Shown: positions 19,046 through 29,276 of the stretch, piece after piece
How positions within the stretch are numbered: position 1 is the stretch's first letter
How the letters are laid out: every line of letters begins with the position of its first letter
NCBI GenBank assembly: GCA_043822705.1
Contig: JBDRBK010000115.1
Span: 59,800-123,799 of the forward strand
DNA length: 64,000 nucleotides
DNA from: Fidelibacterota bacterium
Lineage (GTDB): Bacteria > Fidelibacterota > Marinisomatia > Marinisomatales > TCS56
Direction: 5' to 3'
Position numbers and translations under genes: made by a program
The notes under the pieces: generated by a model
Seen by the model: the letters and a program-made list of their open reading frames with translations, nothing else
Databases searched by the model: none
Told to the model about the DNA's origin: nothing

Positions 19046-19957
19046 ATGGTTAATAAACCAAAGAAACAGCACTATGTGGCCCGATCATACCTTAAAGGCT
19101 TTTCTAAAGAATATCTCAAACCAATGAGAAACCAAAATAATAATGAATTTTACTTATGGTACTATGATATTGAACGAAATGAATATAGAAAACAACATAT
19201 AAAGGAAGTTGCACAACAAAGATACTTCTATTCATGGATAACAGAAAATGGTACTCGTAATTATAGCTTAGAGGAACACCTTTCAGAAATTGAATGCGCA
19301 ATCTATCCACTAATTTGTGATATTAATACAGTATCAACGGGATTGCAAAGCAGGAAGCAAAAAACTGGTCAAGTTACAATATCTCAAAACGAACGTGACT
19401 GGTTAATCGAGTATATTAGAATAATGATGGTTAGAGTACCATCAACAATTAATACGATTAGAGATTCGTTGATTGATGAGTTATCAGCATTTACTCAAGA
19501 AAACGTTAACAGTTCAAGCGAACTCATAAAACATGATTCTCTAATGGTTGCATTTGAAATGGGAACAAAAGATAACAAATTTCTTGATATCCTTAGAGAA
19601 CGTGAATTATGGGTGTTTTACCCAGCAGATCAACAAACAAGTTTTATAACTACTGATAGACCAGTCACACGATTTAATAAACTTAACCCAGATGGAATAA
19701 TCTACGACAATACCGAAATATATATACCACTTACTCAAAACTGTTTATTAATGGTGACCGGTGTCGAAAAAAATAAAAATCTTCTTCGATTCACCTCAAT
19801 AAACGATAGGAGTTTAATAAGACGGATGAATCGTTATCTTGCGTCTTTTGCCACTAAAATTGTAATTGGAAGAGATAAAACTTTGTTAATATCAATTGTG
19901 AAAAACCTACAGTTTGATAAACAACCTAAGTATATAGAAGGTAAGTATAAATTTTAG
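19046..19957 (+). CDS. DUF4238-family protein
   Basis: N-terminal KKQHYVARSYLKGFS, LEEHLSEIE, FITTDRPV, EIYIPLT, MNRY; AT-rich. Confidence 0.8.
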   Translation: MVNKPKKQHYVARSYLKGFSKEYLKPMRNQNNNEFYLWYYDIERNEYRKQHIKEVAQQRYFYSWITENGTRNYSLEEHLSEIECAIYPLICDINTVSTGLQSRKQKTGQVTISQNERDWLIEYIRIMMVRVPSTINTIRDSLIDELSAFTQENVNSSSELIKHDSLMVAFEMGTKDNKFLDILRERELWVFYPADQQTSFITTDRPVTRFNKLNPDGIIYDNTEIYIPLTQNCLLMVTGVEKNKNLLRFTSINDRSLIRRMNRYLASFATKIVIGRDKTLLISIVKNLQFDKQPKYIEGKYKF

Positions 19958-20173
19958 ATTATCCATTTGTATGCAATAGTGACTACTATTCTTTGTATAG
20001 AGCAATTTCAAACCACTATAGAGAAACGGTTAAAACGGTTCTATCTGACTTGATGCATTTTTCTTCCAGATAAATCCATGTACTTGGAAATTCGGTGCCA
20101 AACTGATTGATAAAACGTGAATCGACCCACCCCGTGCCGATTACCGGGACACACCTACCAAGAGTGTTATATT

Positions 20174-20201
20174 GTAAGGGCACGATGCATCGTGCCCCTA
20201 C
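20174..20201. repeat. GTAG-type REP palindrome
   Basis: GTAAGGGCACGATGCATCGTGCCCCTAC; related copy at 63879-63906. Confidence 0.75.
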
Positions 20202-20232
20202 CTCCCAGGCCACATAGTGCTAACTGGAAAGG

Positions 20233-20444
20233 TGGGGAAATACGTGCATTGGCCTGCTAAAACCTGTGTATAGGCCTACTAAAATGCGTGCATGGGTCTG
20301 GTAAAGCACGCATATAGGCACGGTAAAGTGCGTGTATGGGTCTGGTAAAGCACGCATATGGGCATGGTAAAACGCGTGCACCGGCCAGGCAAAACCCGCA
20401 TATGGAACTGGTAAAGTGCGCGTATGATCACACTAAAACGCGCA
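20233..20444. repeat. Degenerate 22-bp tandem array A (~9.5 units; consensus ~TGGTAAARYRCGYRTATGGGYM)
   Basis: Units start at 20233, 20255, 20277, 20299, 20321, 20343, 20365, 20387, 20409, 20431; e.g. TGGTAAAGCACGCATATAGGCA, CGGTAAAGTGCGTGTATGGGTC. Confidence 0.88.
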
Positions 20445-20618
20445 GTCAGACCAATCGGAATGCACGGTCGGACCCCTCGGTACATGCGGTCGTACCCCTC
20501 GGAATGCACGGTCAGACCCCTCGGAACGGTCGGTCAGACCCCCCGGAACGTGCGGTCAGACCCCCCGGAACGTGCGGTCAGACCCCTCGGTACGGTCGGT
20601 CAGACCCACTGGAATACG
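20443..20618. repeat. 22-bp tandem array B (8 units; consensus CGGTCAGACCCCTCGGAACGTG)
   Basis: Units start at 20443, 20465, 20487, 20509, 20531, 20553, 20575, 20597; the units at 20531 and 20553 are identical. Confidence 0.93.
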
Positions 20619-20818
20619 TGGTTGGGGACAGGTGTTAGCCGTGGTGATGGATTTATTTTATGAGCACCAGCTTATTGGTCCGGGTGAAGCCGCTGCCGGT
20701 GCGCAGGCGGGGAAGCATGAGCCTGCCTGTGCGACGTAATCCGTCAGTGGGTGGCTGAAGGCGTATCGAAGCATGAGCCTGCTTGTCCGCCACTCCCGCC
20801 CCGCCGTAACTTCCATCC

Positions 20819-22621
20819 ATGTCCACCGACCATATACGCAATTTTTGCATCATCGCCCATATCGATCACGGTAAGTCGACCCTGGCCGACCGCCTGCTGG
20901 AAGAGACCCACACGCTGACCAAAAAGGAGATGAAGGCCCAGGTGCTGGACAGCATGGACCTGGAGCGCGAGCGTGGCATAACGATCAAGAGCCACCCGAT
21001 CCAGATGCATTACCGCGACCGCGATAAACGTGAGTACGTCCTGAACCTGATCGACACGCCCGGACATGTCGATTTCAGCTATGAGGTCTCGCGCTCGCTG
21101 GCGGCCTGCGAAGGCGCCCTGCTGCTGGTGGACGCCGCCCAGGGGGTGGAGGCCCAGACGGTCAGTAACGCCTACCTGGCGATCGACAACGACCTGGTGC
21201 TGATCCCGGTGATCAACAAGGTCGATCTGCCGGCGGCCCGGGTGTCCGAGGTGATCGAGCAGATCGTGGAACTGATCGGCTGTTCGGTCGCCGAAATTAT
21301 CCAGATCAGCGCCAAGACCGGGCAGGGCACCGCCGATATCTTCCGGGCCGTAATCGACCGCATCCCGCCGCCGCCGGATCATTCCGCGGATCGGCCGCGG
21401 GCCCTGATCTTCGATTCGATGTATGACAACTACCGCGGGGCGATTCCCTACGTGCGGATCGTCGACGGGATCTTGAAACCCGGCCTGACGGCGAAATTCT
21501 TCGGCCATGATTTCACCTATGAAATCACCGAAGTCGGGCATTTCGTCCTGCGGCAGATTCCCTGCGCGGAACTGCGATCGGGCGACGTGGGCTATCTGAT
21601 CGCCAATATCCGCGAAGTCGGACATATCCTGCCCGGCGATACGATCACCACCCGCCAGAACCCGGCGCCGGCAAGGCTGCCGGGGTATAAGAAAATCAAA
21701 CCGATGGTGTTTTCCGGGCTGTACCCTTCCGATGCCGACGACTACGACCAACTGCGCCAGGCCCTCGATAAGCTCAAACTCAACGATGCCTCGCTGGTCT
21801 ATGAACCGGAAACCAGCGAAGCGCTGGGGTTCGGTTTCCGGGCCGGCTTTTTGGGGCTGCTGCACCTGGAGATCGTTCAGGAACGGCTGGAGCGGGAGTT
21901 CGACATCGATCTGGTCACGACCTCGCCCAATGTGCGCTATCAGGTCCTGGGAAAAGACGGCGACCTGTTAGAGGTCGATACACCGGCGAAAATGCCGCCG
22001 GCCGGGCAGATCGAGGAAATTCGCGAACCGTTCGTAGATGCGGAAATCATCACCCCCAAGGAATTCATCGGCACGATCATGAAATTGTGCCAGAATCACC
22101 GCGGCACCTATAAGAACACCCATTATCTCTCGGCCGAGAAGGCCCAGGTGCACTACGATCTGCCGTTGGGCGAAATAATTTTCGACTTTTATGATAAACT
22201 CAAATCGTCCACCCGCGGTTACGCGTCGTTCGACTACAACCTGACCGGCTACCGGGCGGGCGATCTGAAAAAGCTTGATATCCTGATCAATAACGAACCG
22301 GTGGATGCGCTGTCGAGCATCTGCCATGCCGATGACGCCTACCACCGCGGCGTCGCCCTGACCTCGAAACTGAAGGAACTGATCCCGCGCCAGATGTTCG
22401 ATGTGCCGATCCAGGCCGGCATCGGCACCAGGATCATCTCGCGGGCCAACGTGCGTGCGCTCAAGAAGAATGTGACCGCCAAATGTTACGGTGGCGATAT
22501 TTCCCGCAAACGTAAACTGTGGGAAAAGCAGAAAGAGGGTAAGAAGCGCATGAAACAGATCGGCCGGGTCGAAATTCCCCAGGAAGCGCTGCTGGCGGTG
22601 CTGCGCATCGACCGCGAGTAA
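20819..22621 (+). CDS. lepA: Elongation factor 4
   Basis: IRNFCIIAHIDHGKSTLADR, DTPGHVDF, GFLGLLHLEI, KCYGGDISRKRKL. Confidence 0.99.
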   Translation: MSTDHIRNFCIIAHIDHGKSTLADRLLEETHTLTKKEMKAQVLDSMDLERERGITIKSHPIQMHYRDRDKREYVLNLIDTPGHVDFSYEVSRSLAACEGALLLVDAAQGVEAQTVSNAYLAIDNDLVLIPVINKVDLPAARVSEVIEQIVELIGCSVAEIIQISAKTGQGTADIFRAVIDRIPPPPDHSADRPRALIFDSMYDNYRGAIPYVRIVDGILKPGLTAKFFGHDFTYEITEVGHFVLRQIPCAELRSGDVGYLIANIREVGHILPGDTITTRQNPAPARLPGYKKIKPMVFSGLYPSDADDYDQLRQALDKLKLNDASLVYEPETSEALGFGFRAGFLGLLHLEIVQERLEREFDIDLVTTSPNVRYQVLGKDGDLLEVDTPAKMPPAGQIEEIREPFVDAEIITPKEFIGTIMKLCQNHRGTYKNTHYLSAEKAQVHYDLPLGEIIFDFYDKLKSSTRGYASFDYNLTGYRAGDLKKLDILINNEPVDALSSICHADDAYHRGVALTSKLKELIPRQMFDVPIQAGIGTRIISRANVRALKKNVTAKCYGGDISRKRKLWEKQKEGKKRMKQIGRVEIPQEALLAVLRIDRE

Positions 22622-22692
22622 ATTCGGCTGTGAATGGTCGATCCGCAACTACTGATCACCTGCTGACCGATTGACTGAATGACCACTGACTA

Positions 22693-23415
22693 ATGACCAC
22701 CGAGCGCACCTACTGGAACCAATCCCGTTCGCCTTTTTACAGTTTCATATTCATCCTGCCGCTGATCCTGATCTACGAGACCGGCATACTGCTGCTGTCG
22801 GCGGAGGATATGCCCGATCTGCGCAACGGCGCCGACGTCCTGATGCGCCAGATATTCGGCAATTTCGGTATGCTGGGCGCCTATGGCATCGGCCTGTTGT
22901 TCATGACCGGCTTCATCTTCACCTTCCTGCTGCAGAAAAGACGCTGGGCGATCACCAACATCCGCAGCGGTTACCTGCTGGCGATGCTGGCGGAAAGCCT
23001 GGCCTGGGGCGGTATCTTGTTTATTATTTTACGGGGCGCCCAGACCCTGTTGCTGTTTTCCAACGGTAAAACACTGATTCAACAACTGATCCTGGCAGTG
23101 GGGGCCGGTATCTACGAGGAATTTGTATTCCGGGTGCTGCTGATCAGCGGACTGGCGGCCCTGCTGAAATTAATCTTTCAATGGACCGGCCCGGTTCGCA
23201 ACACCGGGGCGGTGATCCTGGCAGCCCTGCTGTTTTCGGTTTTTCATTTCATAGGCAGCTTCGGCGACAGCTTCGCCCTGCGGCTGCTGCTGGTGCGTGC
23301 CCTGGCCGGGATCATTTTGGGTCTGATCTACGTTTTAAGAGGATTCGGCATTGCCGCTTACAGTCATGCCTTCTACGATCTGATCGTTCTGACGCTGATT
23401 ACAACGACTGATTGA
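22693..23415 (+). CDS. CPBP (Abi/CAAX) family intramembrane glutamic/metallo-protease
   Basis: Multiple TM helices; YEEFVFR, FSVFH, HAFYD. Confidence 0.85.
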   Translation: MTTERTYWNQSRSPFYSFIFILPLILIYETGILLLSAEDMPDLRNGADVLMRQIFGNFGMLGAYGIGLLFMTGFIFTFLLQKRRWAITNIRSGYLLAMLAESLAWGGILFIILRGAQTLLLFSNGKTLIQQLILAVGAGIYEEFVFRVLLISGLAALLKLIFQWTGPVRNTGAVILAALLFSVFHFIGSFGDSFALRLLLVRALAGIILGLIYVLRGFGIAAYSHAFYDLIVLTLITTTD

Positions 23416-23497
23416 ATCAGCCGGGCGACGGCCGGCGGGCGGCGCTTAAGTTGTGAATCAAAACCGATTTCTGGTTAACTTTCTGTATCAATAGAGG

Positions 23498-24379
23498 ATG
23501 AATATGCGACGATTACTGTTAGCGGGATTAACGGCCTTTGGTCTGGCGGCGGGGGCGCCACCGGTGTTCGAAGAACTGGTGTTTTCACTCTGGCCGGAAT
23601 ACGATCATCCCGGCGTCCTGGTGATTTACAGCGGCCGGCTGGCGGCGGAAAACCTGCCCCAGGTGATCGAATTCCGGGTTCCCGCGGCGACCGAGCAGGT
23701 CCTGGCGGCCGGTGTGCTGGATACCACCCGGGAATTGCGGACCGTGACAATCGAATCCCGCGGGGCGGAGAAATGGGTCAAACTGGAACTGCAACGACCC
23801 GCTTTTCATTTCGAATTCTACTACAATCCTTTCGGTGATACGCATCAACGGCAGGTCGACTATGAACTGGAATTCGGTCATCCCGTGCCGGCCTTTATGC
23901 TGGCGGTCCAGAAACCGATCATGGCCGAAAATTATACCCTGCCCGAAACCGACATGGAATCTTTTCAGGATCAGCACGGCATGACTTTTTTCCGGAAACA
24001 AATGCCGGCCCTGAAAGCAAATACCGTGAAAAAATTATCCTTCAGCTATGAGAACCATACCGCCGAGACCAGTATCCAGCAGTTACAGAAAATGCTGGCG
24101 AGTGAAAATGGCGCCCTGGGCGGCGGAATGCCCGGGGGGGCGGAACGTCCGCTGACCGACCGCCATCGTCTGCCGCTGCTGGAACCGTTGCTGGTGCTGG
24201 CGCTGGCAGCAATCGTTTTAGGCGGCCTGTTCTACCGGCAGCGTCGACGGGAAGGGACGGAAGCCGTAGCTTCCGAAAAGACCGGCCGCTTCTGTACCAA
24301 ATGCGGTCAGCCGGTGAAACAGCTGGATAAATTCTGCGCCAATTGCGGAGCCCGACAGCATGCTGCCGATCCTGTTTAA
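23498..24379 (+). CDS. Exported/membrane protein with a C-terminal TM helix and zinc ribbon
   Basis: Signal peptide, LWPEYDHPGVLVIY motif, TM helix, FCTKCG...FCANCG. Confidence 0.8.
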   Translation: MNMRRLLLAGLTAFGLAAGAPPVFEELVFSLWPEYDHPGVLVIYSGRLAAENLPQVIEFRVPAATEQVLAAGVLDTTRELRTVTIESRGAEKWVKLELQRPAFHFEFYYNPFGDTHQRQVDYELEFGHPVPAFMLAVQKPIMAENYTLPETDMESFQDQHGMTFFRKQMPALKANTVKKLSFSYENHTAETSIQQLQKMLASENGALGGGMPGGAERPLTDRHRLPLLEPLLVLALAAIVLGGLFYRQRRREGTEAVASEKTGRFCTKCGQPVKQLDKFCANCGARQHAADPV

Positions 24380-25112
24380 AATCGGACCGCTGAAAATCCA
24401 CAGTTACGGCCTGGCCCTGGTGCTGGCCTTCTATGCCTGCTATTATCTGCTGCACTACGATCTCAAGCGACTGAAATACGATCCGCAACTGGCGACCGAT
24501 ATTATCTTTTTCGGGGCGGTCTGCGGCATCCTGGGATCGAAAATCTGGTACCTGATCGAGAATATCGGCGCGGTGCTGGCCGATCCGGTGGGATTGATTA
24601 TTTCCGGTTACGGCCTGGTTTTCTTCGGCGGTCTGATCGGCGGCACGCTGGGTGTGACCTGGGTGCTGCTGCGGAATAAGCTGGACTGGCTGACTTTCGG
24701 CGACATCGTGGCGCCGCTGCTGATTTTGGGTTATGCCATCGGCCGGACCGGCTGCTTCATGAACGGTTGTTGTTACGGCGTCACCACTGCTCTGCCCTGG
24801 GGCATTCACTACCCGCACCTGGGACCGGGGATTCAGGTGCACCCGACCCAGTTGTACGAACTGACGCTGGGCCTGTTGATATTTCTGTTTTTATGGCGCC
24901 GCCGGCTGCGGCTGAAAACTACCGGCAGCCTGTTTTTTACCTACCTGGTGCTGGCCGGAGCGGAACGGTTTCTAATCGAGTTCATCCGGATTAATCCCAA
25001 ATACCTGTTCAACCTGTCCGGCGCGCAGTGGTTCGCCCTGATCATTATCGCGATCGGAGCCTATTTTCTGAAATACCCGCCGGGAAAGGCTTACGGATCA
25101 GCGGCGAATTGA
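24360..25112 (+). CDS. lgt: Prolipoprotein diacylglyceryl transferase
   Basis: GLVFFGGLIGG, IGRTGCFMNGCCYG, HPTQLYE, RFLIEFIR. Confidence 0.95.
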   Translation: MLPILFKIGPLKIHSYGLALVLAFYACYYLLHYDLKRLKYDPQLATDIIFFGAVCGILGSKIWYLIENIGAVLADPVGLIISGYGLVFFGGLIGGTLGVTWVLLRNKLDWLTFGDIVAPLLILGYAIGRTGCFMNGCCYGVTTALPWGIHYPHLGPGIQVHPTQLYELTLGLLIFLFLWRRRLRLKTTGSLFFTYLVLAGAERFLIEFIRINPKYLFNLSGAQWFALIIIAIGAYFLKYPPGKAYGSAAN

Positions 25113-25129
25113 TCCGGCGTACGGTCCAG

Positions 25130-25981
25130 ATGCGTATCCGGCTGTTACTGACACTTTTGGGATTGACGATCCTGTTGGGCCAACCGGCGGTAACCGTTCT
25201 GGAGCGGATCGACTATCCCAAACACTTGAAAAGCGGGTTCCGGCCGGCACTGCTGACCGTCGGCAATAATGGCGCCGTCTACCTGCTGGATCGGTCCGCG
25301 CGCCGACTGGCGCTGATCGGCACGGACGGGACAGTCGGTTACGGCGGCGGTTTCGGCCGCGACCTGGATGCCTTTTTCGATCCGGTGGCCTTGACCGCGA
25401 ATAATCTGGAAATCCTGGTCTGCGACCGCTCCGAAAACCGGCTGCTGCGCTTCGATTACCTGCTGAATTATATCGGGGCGGTAACGACGGGTACCGCCAC
25501 CGGCGACCTGCTGTACCCGGAACAACTGGCGGTCGATTCCTGGGGCGAACTGCTGCTGTATTCCGAAGTACTGGATAAAATCTACAAAATCGCCGCTGCG
25601 ACCCCGACGCCGCTGCCGCAGATTGATCTCGACCACCTGAAACTCACGGCCGGCTGCGTGGGAGCCCTTGCCAGCGGACCCGACGGCGATGCCGGCATTC
25701 TGCTGACCTGCCGGCGGGAATTGCGTCTGTACAACCGCTTCGGGCGGCCGGCGGCGGTCTGGCCGCTGCAAATCAGCGGGCCGGAATTGCTGGTCAATTA
25801 CCGTGGTAACTGGCTGGTCCTGAATCGGCAGGGACAGTGGCAGACGGTCGGTCGTCAGGCGGTAAGCGGCAGTCTGCCGGAAATAGCGGGAAACATTACT
25901 GCCTGCGCCGCCTATAAAGATCGACTATACCTGTTGACTGGGGAAACCATATTTGTCGTCCGGATCAGGATTCAACCTTAA
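25130..25981 (+). CDS. Exported NHL-repeat/beta-propeller-like protein
   Basis: Signal peptide; GGFGR...FFDPVAL...ILVCDRSENRLLRFD; PEQLAVDSWGELLL. Confidence 0.65.
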   Translation: MRIRLLLTLLGLTILLGQPAVTVLERIDYPKHLKSGFRPALLTVGNNGAVYLLDRSARRLALIGTDGTVGYGGGFGRDLDAFFDPVALTANNLEILVCDRSENRLLRFDYLLNYIGAVTTGTATGDLLYPEQLAVDSWGELLLYSEVLDKIYKIAAATPTPLPQIDLDHLKLTAGCVGALASGPDGDAGILLTCRRELRLYNRFGRPAAVWPLQISGPELLVNYRGNWLVLNRQGQWQTVGRQAVSGSLPEIAGNITACAAYKDRLYLLTGETIFVVRIRIQP

Positions 25982-28900
25982 ACTGATTTCACTGCTGCTG
26001 GCCGGTTGCTGGCAGTTGCCGGCCGCCCGGCCCTTTGAAATCGCCACGGCCCGCGACACCATTATCGTCGTTCCCGCCGATAGTCTGTTGCGGCTGTCCC
26101 ACCGACCGCTCATCGCCGGTGAGTTTCAACTGTTCCGGGAGGGCGTCCTGGTTCCCGAGCCGGACCTCTATCCGGTACAGGGGATCGTCCGCCTGCAGGG
26201 CGGGCGCAATGACAGCATCCGTTTTATCGCCTCCTACAACTACCTGTCGCCGTCGCCGCCGCTGACGGTGGGTCCCAGGGTTCTGGATCTGCCGACATTG
26301 ACTGCAACGCTGCGCCCGAGCGACCAACCCGACAGTGGAAGGGCAGTGCCATTACCGTCCCCGCTGCCCCCGCAGGATGAATTATTTGCGGCCGGCAGCA
26401 TCTACCGGGGTGTGGAACTGTCGCCTTTCGGCGGCACCGATTTCAGCGGCGGCCTGCGGCTGCAATTGCAGGGCCGGCTGGGGCCCGACCTGCAGGTCAA
26501 CGGCGTTTTGACCGACGAAAGCCTGCCGATCCAGCCCGAGGGCAACACCCAGACCATCGACGAAATCGACCAGGTCTATCTGCAGGTCAGCCACACGCTG
26601 GGCAGCGTAACCGCCGGCGACATCGATTTCAATCTGCAGCAGGGGAAATTCCTCAACCTGAACCGGCGGCTCACCGGACTTTCCGGCGTGCTGGCAACGC
26701 AAAAATTTAAGAGTCAGGCGGTTTATGCCGGCGCCAAGGGAAACTACCAGCAGTTGCTGCTCAAGGGCGTGGATGGTTTCCAGGGACCTTATTCGCTGAC
26801 CTCAGTCGCCGGCAGTCGTGATATTGTCGTTGTCGCCGGGTCGGAAAAGGTCTATATCGACGGGCAGCGCCTGACTCGTGGTGAGAATAACGATTATGTC
26901 ATCGACTATTCCGTCGGTGAAGTGACCTTCACCGCGCGACGGCTGATTCATGCCGACAGTGATATTCAGGTGGAGTACCAGTATTCCGATTTCAACTACA
27001 GCCGCAGTCTGGTGGGCGCCAACTGGGAATCGGTCGGCAGCGGCAAGGCCAAGTTCGCCATCGGTTGGCTGCGGGAGCAGGACGATACCGGCAGCGGGCA
27101 GCTCAATTTATCGACGGCCGAAACCGACAGTCTGCGCCGTGCCGGCGACCGGGAGATTCATATCGACGGCGCCCAGGCCGATTCCAGCGGCGATTATTAT
27201 TTGCTAGACGGCATATATGTCTATCGTGATTTTGTCGGCGCCGGACAGAGCGCTCCGCGCTTCAATGTCACTTTCCGCAATACCGCCGAACAGGGCGCAT
27301 ACCGGCGGGCGGTCACTGCCGGTGGTCAGCTGTATTATGAATTTGTACCCGAAACCGAGCGCCACTGGCAGCAGGATCTTTACAGCCCGGTCCGGGTGTT
27401 GACGGCTCCCGAACGGCGACAGTTGCTGCAGGTGACGGCCGATATGCGGCCACTGGACAATCTGGCGGTCACGACCCGGCTGGCGTTGTCGGACCAGGAT
27501 TTGAACCGTCTGTCGGACCGCGATGACGCCGATAATCTGGGCTGGGCCTACGAGTTGAATATCGTGGGGCAGGGAGCCCTGGCCGACCCGGACTGGCATT
27601 ATGACTACCGGGTCAACAACTGGGGGCGCACGGACCGCTTCCGGACTTTGCAGCGGGACCGGGAAGTGCGCTTCGAAAGGGACTGGAATCTGACGGATAA
27701 TAATATAGCCGCCGAGAATCTGCTGAGCGGGGGGATCGGTCTCAGCCGTCGGGAGCTATGGGACATCAACCTGGACTGGTCCCAGTATCGCCGGGACCGG
27801 CACTTGAAGACCAGCCAGGCCGCGACTGTCAGCGGTGGCAGCGGCTGGTTGCCGGAAGTAAATGGCTATTATCGGCGGATGGCGGCGACCGGCGAAATGC
27901 TGCTCCAGACCGGCGGCCGGATCGCCCTGCTGCCGGGCAATTTACACCCCTATTTGGATTATTCGACTGAACTGAACAAGGACCGGTCCCGCTTCGACCA
28001 GCGGATTGCCGGCCTCAACTATGCCACTGCCGGTAGTCAGGCACAACTGGGCATCGGTCGGCGCGCCGATTGGAGCGAAACCGATTCCACCGAAGCCGGC
28101 CTGGAAAGTCTGAGCCGCAATTATTTCGGCAATATCGATCTGGTCCATCGCAGCACCGGTGGCTGGAACCTGGATTTGACTTTCCGGAAAAGTCTGAAGT
28201 CCGAGTACCTGACCGGCCAGGACTATGATTTCGAGCTGCTGCGGACCGACGTCAGTTTCAATAACCGCCAACGGCCGTTGCAGTGGGACCTGAAAACCAA
28301 GCTGGAAGAAACCTTTACCGAGGGCCGGGCCGTGGTCTATGATTCGGTCGGCGTCGGGCTCGGTACGCATCGCTATGATTCCGGATTTAATGAGTATGTG
28401 CCGGACCTGAACGGTGCGTACATCGGTTATTCCGTACCAACCGGTGATCGCAGTCCCACCACCCGCTTCGACGGTATTCAACGGTTGCGCTTTGATTTCA
28501 GTCGCACGGGCTGGACGCGATTGCACGGACTAAGCGCCCGGCTGGAACTGCGCTCGGAATTCCGTGGTCGTCGTTTTGGAACCTCCCGTCTGGTACGGCC
28601 CGGCCTCGGTGACGATGGCATCAGTCGCGCCCAGTGGAATGCCTTGACCGAGATCGATCTGCAACTGCGCGGTTCCGGGCGACGTATCCGGGCCTGGAAC
28701 CGCCAGGGGCGGGACCTGAACGGTCTGGACCCCCGGGGCAGTGATCTGAAACGGGAGCGGGAAATCGGGATCGATCTCACCCGGACGGTCAGCAAAAATA
28801 TCCAGGCAGTGACGCGCCTGGAGCAGCGGGATGTCCTGGTCAATTCATCGCTGTCGGCCTTGCGCCGGCGGGCGGTGAACGGCTACTGGCTGGAAGGGGG

Positions 28901-29276
28901 TGCCAAATGGCAGGTGGAGCGGGACTGGCAGTTGGAATCGACCCTGCAGTGGGGGCACGACGACGGGAACCACCAGCAGAACGATTTTTCAGCGGTCGCC
29001 CGCGGCGTCAAACTGGAGGTCCTGCGCTTCCTGGGGCGGCAGGGGCGGCTACAGACGCAACTGGAATATTACCAGGTGGCCGCGGCGGAAGCGGTCGCGG
29101 CCCTGCCGCCTGAAGCGCTGCACGGTCTGGCTTTGGGACGCTCGCTGCGGGCCAACCTGGCGGGCCAGTTCCTGATCGGCGCCAACCTGACCGCCACCGT
29201 CACGGCCAATTATATCAGTGACCGCCGCTACACAAACCTGATCACGGTGACCGGAGAACTGCGTGCGTTTTTCTAG
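25953..29276 (+). CDS. Large predicted outer-membrane beta-barrel protein of unknown function
   Basis: 1107-aa ORF; GLRLQLQGRL, LPIQPEGNTQ, GSEKVYIDGQRLTRGENNDYVIDYSVGEVTF; C-terminal GELRAFF beta-signal. Start codon uncertain. Confidence 0.8.
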   Translation: MSSGSGFNLKLISLLLAGCWQLPAARPFEIATARDTIIVVPADSLLRLSHRPLIAGEFQLFREGVLVPEPDLYPVQGIVRLQGGRNDSIRFIASYNYLSPSPPLTVGPRVLDLPTLTATLRPSDQPDSGRAVPLPSPLPPQDELFAAGSIYRGVELSPFGGTDFSGGLRLQLQGRLGPDLQVNGVLTDESLPIQPEGNTQTIDEIDQVYLQVSHTLGSVTAGDIDFNLQQGKFLNLNRRLTGLSGVLATQKFKSQAVYAGAKGNYQQLLLKGVDGFQGPYSLTSVAGSRDIVVVAGSEKVYIDGQRLTRGENNDYVIDYSVGEVTFTARRLIHADSDIQVEYQYSDFNYSRSLVGANWESVGSGKAKFAIGWLREQDDTGSGQLNLSTAETDSLRRAGDREIHIDGAQADSSGDYYLLDGIYVYRDFVGAGQSAPRFNVTFRNTAEQGAYRRAVTAGGQLYYEFVPETERHWQQDLYSPVRVLTAPERRQLLQVTADMRPLDNLAVTTRLALSDQDLNRLSDRDDADNLGWAYELNIVGQGALADPDWHYDYRVNNWGRTDRFRTLQRDREVRFERDWNLTDNNIAAENLLSGGIGLSRRELWDINLDWSQYRRDRHLKTSQAATVSGGSGWLPEVNGYYRRMAATGEMLLQTGGRIALLPGNLHPYLDYSTELNKDRSRFDQRIAGLNYATAGSQAQLGIGRRADWSETDSTEAGLESLSRNYFGNIDLVHRSTGGWNLDLTFRKSLKSEYLTGQDYDFELLRTDVSFNNRQRPLQWDLKTKLEETFTEGRAVVYDSVGVGLGTHRYDSGFNEYVPDLNGAYIGYSVPTGDRSPTTRFDGIQRLRFDFSRTGWTRLHGLSARLELRSEFRGRRFGTSRLVRPGLGDDGISRAQWNALTEIDLQLRGSGRRIRAWNRQGRDLNGLDPRGSDLKREREIGIDLTRTVSKNIQAVTRLEQRDVLVNSSLSALRRRAVNGYWLEGGAKWQVERDWQLESTLQWGHDDGNHQQNDFSAVARGVKLEVLRFLGRQGRLQTQLEYYQVAAAEAVAALPPEALHGLALGRSLRANLAGQFLIGANLTATVTANYISDRRYTNLITVTGELRAFF

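Noticed and set aside
20233..20618. CRISPR array or coding repeat (ORFs 20279-20509, 20336-20638, 20424-20663)
   Set aside because: Units are contiguous with no unique spacers and no cas genes are present. The 22-bp period is out of frame, and the ORFs appear in several frames as a by-product of the repeat.
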